This document shows positions 53,290 through 64,000 of a DNA stretch of 64,000 nucleotides, in pieces. Origin of the DNA: Eledone cirrhosa (lineage: Eukaryota); the NCBI GenBank assembly GCA_964016885.1, contig OZ024742.1, positions 326,616,001 through 326,680,000 on the forward strand. The letters are read 5' to 3'. Made by a program: the position numbers and the translations under genes. Each line of letters begins with the position of its first letter. Position 1 is the stretch's first letter. Under the pieces are notes generated by a model. That model searched no databases. It saw only the letters and a list, made by a program, of their open reading frames with translations, and was not told the DNA's origin.

Positions 53290-53322
53290 TTCAACGTTTC
53301 GGACACTAGTGCTTCATCGGAA
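53290..53322 (-). ncRNA. Minimal hammerhead-like motif with CCGATGA core
   Basis: CCGATGA AGCACTAGTGTCC GAAAC GTT. Confidence 0.55.
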
Positions 53323-54439
53323 TATAGATACAAAGAAAGAAACGTTGTTCGGGAGAATGAAGAAAAAGAAAGACAGACGAGAGGAAAAAATGAAACTGGA
53401 GAGAGCAGAAAATATGTGTAATTACTACTCAGCTAATATGTGTTTGTGTGTGTGTGTGTGCGTGTATGTATGTATGCATGCATGTATGTATGTATGCATG
53501 CATGTATGTATGCATGTTTGTATGTATGTATGTATATTTGTATGCATGTATATATTAAAACCTTGTGTTCAGCAGTGAATTTCCCCCGTTTCACTTGCAA
53601 ATTGTGTATTGGTTTCTCCCCTTTGTGAACCGAGGGGCTTTAATCATTGATTGAAACGGTGTATTTTAAATATCCTCCTGGATAGAACACTAATCTATCA
53701 CAGGAAGAGTCAAACCCAGCGTCTACAACACTACGCATTAGTTGGTATGAAAATCAAAAGATGGCTCTCATAGCATTTGAACCTGACAAGAAGAAACTAG
53801 CTACTAACGTCTATAAGATGTTCTGTTCAGCCGACAACTTTGTCGGAAAACAGACAGCCATCGAGATGCCAGTGAATATCTGATGCCCCTCTCAAAAAAA
53901 AAGCTCAATTATCTAGTAGACCTGTCAATTCTCCACGTCAGACGGGACGATTTCCACCCACTTTAGGGTGGGTGAGAGATGTCTTCTCTTGTGAAAATGG
54001 GTATAACTTTCATTATGTAATATCTCCCCATTTTGCCTCATTTTTCCCCGTTTTGGGTCAGTTTTTTCATGGTACTCACCGTTTGGGTTTTTAGAGGTTG
54101 GCAGGTCTGCTCTAGCCCCGTCGAGTTTGAAAGACACCGTTCTCTCTCTTACCGTGGTCTCATTCCACCTTTGAAACGTTTTCTCTGTGAGTCCCTGCTA
54201 CAACCATTACAATCTGTTGTTCTATTTTCTCGTACATTTCTTGTGAACTATACTTTTTCGTTTGATCTGAGATATGAGGTATTTACACTGAGAGCTATTT
54301 ACATTGCGAACTATTTACTTTGTTCATTCTATATGTTCAAGTTGTTTGACTTCCCTTCTTTTTTCTTTTAATTAATTCTTAACAGAATTCCTTTTAATTT
54401 ATTTTTCTCCTCGTCTTTTTTTTTTCTTAATCTTCCCAG

Positions 54440-54552
54440 CTGTCCAGTATTTCTGGGCAAACCTCTATATCAAAAGACAACCTCTCTTGAATGTCGAATT
54501 AGACGAAATGTCAGGTGAATACCTAAAACTTGAGAAACAACTAAAGTTCGAG
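54440..54552 (+). CDS. Probable next exon of the same host gene (start of a SEA-like domain)
   Basis: Long polypyrimidine tract plus CAG, donor GAG|GTAATA, phase 1 to 0 compatible with the 46474 donor. Encodes VQYFWANLYIKRQPLLNVELDEMSGEYLKLEKQLKFE. Confidence 0.65.
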
Positions 54553-57495
54553 GTAATATATAATTTTATTTTCTTAAGTTATTGCGACGTGAGTAATAAA
54601 GTGGATGACAGAATAGAGAGCGCTAAATAAAATGCTTCGTGACATTTGGTTTTATTTTTAGTTTAATTTCTGTAGGAGGCATCTTTACCTTTTTTAGCAT
54701 TCACGAGTTGCTAAAGTAAAGCACTAATTTGGTAATAAAGCGCGCGGCATAGTGGTTAAGGTGTTGCCCTCACGATCGTAAGGTCGTGTGTTCTACCTCT
54801 GGACCGTAAGACATATTGCGTCCTGGTGAAAGATAATTCATTTCACACTGTTCCAATCTACTGAGCTGAAAAATGAGGACAAGCGGCAGTTGTAAGTTAC
54901 CATTGCGACAAATTGGTATATTTCTGATTTCAAATACTATAAGAATGAATTTAGTCTTTAGTTCCTCGTGGCTCTATAAAAGTAACTATAAACCATGTGC
55001 TACTATCGATTCAATCGATTGCACTTCCTTACAAAAGTGTGCCAATGTAAAAAAATCAATACCAAGATATAGGACCGTTAATGGCAGAATCTCTAGAGTA
55101 TCAGAATATATACCTTTTAATATTTAGTTATCTCGGGGTGGTGGGTTGGAAAAATTAGTAGCACATTGTATTATTTGTTCTGGCTCTTTACATTCTGAAT
55201 TCATATTCCGCCGGGGCCAACTTTGACTTTCATCCTTCCAGATCGATAAAATCAAGTAGTGGAGTTGACTTAATCAACTTCGCTCTCTCCCCACCAAATT
55301 TCCTAGTCTTGTGCCTATATTAGAAATCAATATTTAGTGATCACCCATCACCCTTAATTCTGACAACAAATGTAATAATATAATATACAAATTTCAATGT
55401 AAACCTGAAAGGTGAAAACTTGATGATTCTAGCAGTTACATCAGACACAGAAGTACAATAATTTCTCGTCGGTTGAACATGCATTTATAAGGACCTATTG
55501 CAATACAGTATAATACAGTATGGTTTCGTAACTCCTGATAGAATCCTAGGGGCGCCGTATTGACATTCAACGTTTCTTGGGTATTTTAAGCCTGGCGGAG
55601 CCCATCTCTCTCTCTAGGCCTGAATACAGTAGATTTCTTCCAGAGAAAGACGGAGACTGAGAGAGAGGAAACAATAAAGATATATAGATTAAGAATTAAC
55701 CCCAGTACTAAACTGGTACTTTTTTTATCGACTTCGAAAGGATGAAAGGCAAAGTTGACCTCGACGGGATTTGAACTCAAAAAGCAGAGAGCACAAAAAT
55801 GCAAAGATTACTATGAAAAGTTTACTAACAAAATACAACTCGAATTTCTGCATATATAAACCACGAAATTCTACCGAGTCAGAAAGGAATGTAACCTGAT
55901 ATTCAATGTATCCATTAGGTGTTATGATGTAATTGAGATCGCAGAACTTGGATTAACTTTGCCTTTTATTCTTACGGGGTCGATAAAATAAAGTACCTGT
56001 AATGCACTTGGGTAATTGCTGGCCTTGTGCCAAAAATAGAAACAATTATTTATTATGGACATTCTGAAAAGGCTTACATCCCCACCCCTATTATATGAAT
56101 TAATAACATTAGAATTCTTACTGGTACAAGTTAATTTCCTCGGCTCAACGGAATGAAGCTCCTACTTAGTAGAAGTATTTAATCACCAATTTATCAGACA
56201 GTAATGTGGGTAGTAATCATATCTAGCAGCAGTTACCAACAGCTTTGAGCCACTGGTTCCACAATGTAATCTAAATCAACCTATGAAGAAATACCTCAAT
56301 CGCCATCCACAGAGAATCAGTGTTGTTTAAAAACTGTCGAAACTTTATTTTACTCCGGATCTAACATGTGAACAAACAGGAGGGTATTTTCTCATAAGTC
56401 TGAAACTTCAAGTAATGCCACCCTGAATCAAAATCTTTATATAGATATAACCTCTACAAAAAACATTGTATATAATTTTCTGTCGTTTGAATAGCCCCCC
56501 CCCCCCTTTTTTCTCTCGCTCTCTATATATATACGATATTAAATAAATGGAAACTATATTTATAAAACCATATTTATTTTATTATATATATTTCAATATT
56601 TCTATTGAAAAAACATTGGTACGCTTTCCTCAGATAAAATACAAAGTTTGTTTTATAAATAGAGACATAGCCATGAAAATCATACCTTATCAGTTGCATA
56701 TTCTCTGGATAGTGGAAATATATTAGGGATTTTTCAAACATATGGGTGAATATGTAAATAATTGAAAAACAACCGTTTATTTAAACGACTATGGAGAGAG
56801 AGAGAGAAGAGGAGAATGATAAAATAGTGCGAGAGAGAGAGCAGAAAGAAAAAAAGGGAAGATGAATAAAAATATATTCTAAGTATATATCTTAATATTA
56901 CGTGTATTGACGTTTATTAGTTGTTTAAAATTTGTTTATAATATATTTTTCTTCTGTTCTAAGTAGATAAATAAATAAATAAATAGCATGTTATAGATAA
57001 TTGTTCTAATGAGTTATGAGGGATATTGGTTTTGTATTTTATGTAAATAAATATTAAGTTAAATTAAATTAAATTAACTGAGTTAAGAAGAATATTTATA
57101 TTTAAATGATTGAAGATGGGAAGATACAGAAAAAAACTCCGGTTTAATTTATTTATTCGTTAGTATGAGACTATTTAGTCAAAATAAGTATAGATGTTGA
57201 AGATACATTTAGCCAGAATCAGTTAGTGGTTATAAATCTATTGAAAAAATATTGAAAAAATATTGAGAAAGTATTGAAAAAAAAATATTGAAAAGAAATA
57301 TTGAAAAAGTATTGAAAAAATATTGAAAAATTTGAGAAAATTAAAAAAAATAATAATTTATAAGAGATAAGTAATTTTTAAAGAAATAAAAATTAAAACA
57401 ATAAAAATTATTAAAATTAAAATTTAAAAAAAATTAGAATTATATACGTATATATTTTATGGAATTTGAAATAATATTGATTTTATGAAATAATA

Positions 57496-59390
57496 TTGAT
57501 TATTCAAAACATCAAATTCAAGAAAAACGAATTTGTAAGCCAGGAATACCTTAAAGGCCTCAAGAATAATATAGACAATCTTGAAAAAACTGAGAAGATC
57601 CTCGTAAAATCTGACAAAACTAACAATCTATACGGAATGCAAAAGGACGAATACAATAACCTTATATTGAAAGAACTAAGGAAAAACTACAAAATAACAA
57701 CTAATGAAGATCTTGAAATGGTAAATAGAGAAGCTTCTGAAATAATTCATAAATTAGGCATCGAAAATAGGTCCGAACCCTTTATACCTAGAAGACCGAA
57801 AATTAACCTGAATGACCACAAAAAAAACTTTGAAATAGAACTACCAGTCAGACTTATAGCACCATCTAAATCAGATTTAGGCATAGTTTGTAAACATATA
57901 TTAGATAGAATTATACCGCAACTTAAAGAAATATCTAACCTAAAACTATGGAACGGTACTAACGAGGTTATAGTTCAATAACATAAAATTTAAACATAAC
58001 AAAAAATTCATTCAAATGGATATTGCAAACTACTACTCCTCTATTACTCCTAGTTTACTTAATAAAGCTCTTATCTATGCATCTAAACATACAGATTTAT
58101 CTAGCGAAGAAATGCATATCATTTTAACTGCACGGAAAACTTTAATTGAATTCAACAATCATCTCTGGACAAGAGCCGATAGAAAGAATAATTTTGATAT
58201 GACCATGGGATCATCTGACTCGGCGCAGATAACGGATCTTGTGGGGCTATTTATTAATAATACACTGCATAGAAAAATACCAGAGATGACCGGTGGTTTA
58301 TATCGTGATGATATGCTGTTTTTAATTGAAAATCATAGTAATTGTGAAATTAATAGGAAGAGAAAATCCATAATACAATTCTTCAATAGCTACAACCTTA
58401 AGTTAGAAATAGAGAATAACTATAAAATTGTTAACTTTTTAGACGTAGCATTAAACCTTAACACAGGGCTCTACTATCCATTCCAAAAAATTAATGAGAA
58501 TCTAAACTATGTAAGTTTTAACTCTAATCATCCTAGATCTATCAAGAACACTATTGTCAATTCTGTCCAACAACGGATTTCACGCATCTCCGCTAATAAA
58601 AACATTTTTGACGATAAGGCAGAATATTATAATGAAGCTTTAAATAGAGCAGGGTATATAAATAAGATTAAATACATCGACAACAGTAATAAGGCAAATC
58701 ACCCTACTATTAATTGTAATAATAATAAAAAATTTATCTTTAAACTCTAAAACTAACAGAACTAGAACTAGAAATATTATTTGGTACTCACCCCATTCTC
58801 ATTAAGCGTAAAAACACCTTTAGCAAAGCTATTCTTTAAAGCACTAGATAAATGTTTTCCTAAAGCGCAGAGATACCACTCAATCTTTAACAGACATACT
58901 ATAAAACTATCCTACTCTACTACTATGAACATAGCACAAAATATAAGTAGAATTAATAATAGAAATTTAAACCCTAACCAAAATAACCAAAATAGCAGTA
59001 ATATCTCTAGCAATATCCAACATAATAGTACCGTTCCGAACAACAACTCCGCAAAATGTAACTGTAAAATTAAATCAAACTGTCCTTTACAAAATAAGTG
59101 TTTAGATAAAAACGTGGTCTATAAATGCACAGTTAAAACTAGTGATAATATATTTAACTATGTCGGTACAACTTCTACAGAATTTAAAAGTCACTGGAAT
59201 AACCACAATTGTTCTTTCCGAAGATTTAATTTAAAAATCTTCAACTTCTCTTTCAAACCTGATATGGAACTTAAAATGCAAGAATATGGACTATTCATTA
59301 GCTTGGGAAACAGTTTCAAAAGCACCCGCGTACCGAAACACAGCTTTATCTAGATTCTGCAAATTGTGTATTGAAGAAATTTATTTAACA
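57496..59390 (+). pseudogene. PLE RT plus GIY-YIG endonuclease, frameshifted
   Basis: KSDKTNN, RLIAPSKSDLG, DIANYYSSI, MGSSDSAQ, GGLYRDD, FLDV; linker CNCKIKSNC (CxCx5C); NVVY..YVGTT..NNH. Confidence 0.9.
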
Positions 59391-60571
59391 CCGCCAGAAT
59401 TCAACATTCAGAACTATATATAGCTTATAATTATACTTATAATATTCCTACTAATTTCCATAACAATCTCATCCACTTGGTTTTAATATATTGATATCTC
59501 TAAATCATAATATCTGTAACATTTGTTGTAATTCCACTTCTTAAAGTTTCATAAAATATATACGTATATAATTCTATTTTTTTTTATTTTAATTTTAATA
59601 ATGTTTATTTCTTTAATTTTTATTTCTTTAAAAATTACTTATCTCTTATAATTTTTTTTTTTTTTTATTTTCTCAAATTTTTCAATATTTTTTCAATACT
59701 TTCTCAATATTTTTTCAATATTTTTTCAATAGATTTATAACCACTAACTGATTCTGGCTAAATGTATCTTCAACATCTATACTTATTTTGACTAAATAGT
59801 CTCACACTAACGAATAAATAAATTAAACCGGAGTTTTTTCTGTATCTTCCCATCTTCAATCATATAAATATAAATATTCTTCTTAACTCAGTTAATTTAA
59901 TTTAATTTAACTTAATATTTATTTACATAAAATACAAAACCAATATCCCTCATAACACATTAGAACAATTATCTATAACATGATATTTATTTATTTATTT
60001 ATTTATTTATTTATCTACTTATAACAGAAGAAAAATATATTATAAACAAATTTTAAACAACTAATAATCGTAAATACACGTAATATTAAGATATATACTT
60101 GGCGTGTGGTTGAGTGGTTAGGGAATTGGATTCGCAATCGTAAGGTTGTGAGTTCAATTCCTGGACCAGGCGATGCGTTATGTCCTTGAGCAAGACACTT
60201 TATTTCACGTTGCTCCTTCTACCTGGAGTTGCGACCGATAGATAGTATTAGCAATTGGAAAGACCAACGGAAACATTGTTCCCTCGGTCCGATTTGACGA
60301 AAGTCGATCGTTCCTTTATACTTAGAATATATTTTTATTCATCTTCCCTTTTTTCTTTCTTCTCTCTCTCTTGCACTATTTTATCCTTCTGCTCTTCTCT
60401 CTCTCTATATAGTCGTTTAAATAAACGGTTGTTTTTCAATTATTTACATATTCATTTGCATATTCACCTATAAGTTTGAAAAATCCCTAATATATTTCCA
60501 CTATCCAGAGAATATCCAACTGATAAGGTATGATTTTCATGGCTATGTCTCTATTTGTAAAACAAACTTTG

Positions 60572-60634
60572 TATTTTATCTGAGGAAAGCGTACCAATGT
60601 GTTTTGGTACCCTTGAAATATATATAATAAAATA
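60572..60634 (+). ncRNA. Type I hammerhead in the PLE 3' pseudo-LTR
   Basis: Stem I TATTTTAT/ATAAAATA; CTGAGGA; stem II AAG-GTACCAA/TTGGTAC-CTT; GAAA T-ATAT-A TA. A damaged mirror copy lies at 56575-56641. Confidence 0.85.
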
Positions 60635-60768
60635 AATATGGTTTTATAAATATAGTTTCCATTTATTTAATATCATTGAATATTTACTCCAGTAACTTGT
60701 TGAGTGCTCTAAATCAGTTATAAACATTTATATTTGTCGGAATTCCAACAAATTAAATATCCCTTCTA

Positions 60769-60897
<129 letters not shown>

Positions 60898-61519
60898 TGT
60901 ATATATATATATATGCATGGAAAGAATAGACAAAGATATACCTATTTTTTCTTCGACTGCAATTTCATTGACTGGTCTGCCGCAATTATGCACCAGAAAC
61001 GTGCACCAGTGCTGTGAGGCCTTCCATTCTTCAAGAAAACCCCTCAAGTTAGTAGATTATGCATATGTATGTTTCATCATGTATTGGCGAAGGATGAAAA
61101 AAGGTATTCAAGCAAAAACAATCGAGCTACAGACAATACCTTTCAGTCGTGTAGCAAGAAATTTGTTTGTTACCTGTTGCCAGCGATCTAAATTTGAAAC
61201 CTCTATCGATTTCGAAAATGAATGTTTCAGTTTTTGAACCTTGAAACGGCCTGCTCATGAAAGTAATAGGCGAACAGCTAAGCATTCCACAAACATGTGT
61301 ACCAATGCAATTCTCAAGACGATTCAGCGTGACGCATTGTGGTACAAGGCTGGTCCTTTCCATCACAAGAACAACTCATATTTCCAGTTGAATAGATGGA
61401 ACAACGGAAAAATAAAATGCCTTGCCCAATGATAAAACACATACCTAAGAATCGAATCAGTATCAGGACACACTAACCCCTAAAACAGGTGCCTTTACAC
61501 TAATAGGTATATACATAAA

Positions 61520-62460
61520 TATACTGTGAAGTTACATACTGTTGGTTAATAATGTGCACTTTTAACATATCTCCAATAATCTGTGATATTCGCTATCTTA
61601 ACAATGTCTACATGATTTTTTTTATCAATTTTGTTAAGCAAAGATTTTGTTCATTTTCTCTTTATTATTTTTATTCTTCGGAGATTTTCTTTAAGCAGTT
61701 TTTATTTGGTAGACATAGGTTTTGTATTTCTCTTAGAAACCTTTTTTTCAATCTGAGTTCTGAAGTCAGTATTTGTGTTCTCGCCAATATGTTTTATTCT
61801 AGAATTGTATGGAAGGTGTACATATCATGCAAGACGTTTTCTCTTTTTCTCGTTAGTATGATTCTTACTTTTTACTGTGTAGTATTTTTTTTATTTTTCA
61901 GATAGAATTTCATTTTCTTTTGTATTTCTACTATCAATTTTCTTGAGAAATACTTTTTTAAGTTTTCTCTAGCTATATTTGTATAATCTGTTGTTTGTTT
62001 TTGTTTTTGATTTTTGTTGATGTTTTTTAATGTATTTACTTTTATCAGTCTGCAGAAACAATTTTATAGAAAGTGTAAAATTCGCATTTTCTTTTTATTA
62101 TTTTTTTTTTAGATTCTGATTGTGGTAAATATACTTTGTTTATGACTACGTCTAATGATGTGTTCCTAATGTCATCATAAATTGATTATAATATTTTTAG
62201 ACTCGAATAGTCCTAAGTCCTGAATGAAAATAATATCTCCTCATATAATAATGTCCTAATGTGTTAATGTCTGTAATTTTCTTCCTAACATATAATTCTG
62301 TTATGAGGTATGAGACAATCCTTCTTTTGTATATTAACTATTCCTATATTATTTGTCATCACATATAGAATTGATGTAGCCTGTATTGTTCGTTTAATCT
62401 TCAATATCTGTCGATTAATCTTATTCTTTTGTTCCAGTGTATTAATTTAAACACTAATTA
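61520..62460 (-). pseudogene. Possible highly degraded PLE coding remnant
   Basis: A-rich minus strand with scattered LDVV, VHLPY and CRHC-like motifs, heavily interrupted. Confidence 0.3.
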
Positions 62461-62687
62461 TGTATTCATACCCACCACCATTTTCAGGGGCGGGGGGGGG
62501 GGGTATCTCCCTCTAGGCAGCGAATTTGTAGAGTCATTAGAACGTCAGATAGAATGCTTTGTGGCATTCGTTTCGGATCTCTACGCTCTTGGTTTAAATC
62601 CCGCCGAGTTCAACTTTACTCTTCATCCTTTCGAGGTCGATAAAATACTAATAGTTGGGTACTAGAATCGAGATTTCCTCTACATCG

Positions 62688-62721
<34 letters not shown>

Positions 62722-62726
62722 CTCTA

Positions 62727-62980
<254 letters not shown>

Positions 62981-63717
62981 CATATATATATATATATATG
63001 GAAAAAATCGGTGGTATTGAGGTATAGAGAGAGATAGACTCCACCACTTTTAAAATACCCAGGTTATGCTGTATGCAACCATGGCGCTCTTAGAACTCCA
63101 CCTGGAGTTCATGGCTTATCTCCCTCTATTATGATAATCAATCATATTTCTCATGCTAAATACTAGATTATTCATCATACTTTGTCTTGAAATATCCATT
63201 TATAATTGTTAGTTGATTTTCAATACATGACACATTACTCTAAAGTTCATATGCTTCCGTGTGCCTCTGCTTTCTTGGTGGAGATACATCGTTATTCTCC
63301 CTCTCCCAGAGATATATATGTTATGTATTGTTATCAATACCATAGTGAAGGCGCCTGGCTTAGTATTTAAGGTGTTAGGCTCACTATCATAATGTCATTG
63401 ATTCGATTCCCAGACCGGGTGGCAAGTTGTGCACTTGAGTAAGGCATTTTATTTGACATTCCTCTAGTCTATTCACTCCACCTGCGATGGGCTGGCGCCT
63501 TGTCCAGTGAGAAGTTTCGTACTTCCAATCGTTTAACGTCACATGGAACCAGGATATACTTCGGTTTATTTTATCGACCCTTGATGGACAAAAGCTGAAG
63601 TTGATATTGGTGGAATTTGAACTCAGAACGAAAAGAGGCGGAATAATTTCCGCAAAGCATTTTTGCCGACTCTAATGATTCAGCTAGTACACCACCCAGG
63701 AAGAACACTATCTGATT

Positions 63718-63992
63718 CAGGCATGGGCAACCTTTTTTGAGAAGCGGGCTGCATGAGATATGGCTCATCATTAGGCGGGCCGCCAGCGCTAATTTACATT
63801 CGTGCCCACATTTAAAAAAGGGCGGTAACTCAGGTTGTTTTGATTTGTACACGCTGTTTCCCTCGATCGTAAAAATGATAGAAAGATAAATTACCACTGA
63901 AAAGTTTGGGTAAAAAAATCAGAAAGATTCCACTAAGCCGACTTAGGCGAGCCATTCAGAAAGCTTCGCGGGCCGCGGGTTGCCCATGACTG
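63718..63992. mobile_element. Non-autonomous hAT (Charlie-like) DNA transposon
   Basis: TIRs CAGGCATGGGCAACC / GGTTGCCCATGACTG. Confidence 0.75.
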
Positions 63993-64000
63993 GTCTACTT

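Larger units (their letters stand above)
56535..60675 (+). mobile_element. Penelope-like element (Naiad-like) with ~0.9 kb inverted pseudo-LTRs
   Basis: Left arm 56535-57478 is the reverse complement of the right arm 59545-60675. The right arm carries a SINE at 60101-60316. Confidence 0.85.

Noticed and set aside
55436-55513. Possible third host exon after CTAGCAG
   Set aside because: The phase-0 frame hits TAA, the polypyrimidine tract is weak, and no SEA-like continuation is visible.

Overview
Eukaryotic, AT-rich and extremely microsatellite-rich DNA. The SINE, LINE and microsatellite content suggests a cephalopod such as Octopus (inference). The long ORFs are mostly repeat artefacts. Real coding signal: two + strand exons of a mucin-like EGF/SEA-type host gene (45968-46474, 54440-54552), three Penelope-like retroelements (PLEs) and fragments of RTE, R4/Dong-like and Tx1/L1-like LINEs. 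Main discovery: the short unique islands between (TA)n tracts are mostly non-coding elements carrying type I hammerhead ribozymes (HHR). I folded about 25 intact or degenerate motifs by eye, in more than 10 families. Several families have 440-600 bp monomers that are tandem or circularly permuted, and are inserted as fold-back pairs with both 3' ends facing out into (TA)n. Supporting evidence includes stem covariation, U3-A8 and U4C core variants, and one insertion junction exactly at a predicted cleavage site. This looks like a diverse retrozyme-like system mobilised by PLEs, whose own HHR-bearing inverted pseudo-LTRs are also in the window. Separately, one SINE copy (37887-38028) shows strand-specific T>C hypermutation resembling a retrotransposed ADAR hyper-edited RNA. 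All folds and alignments are manual; boundaries are approximate.
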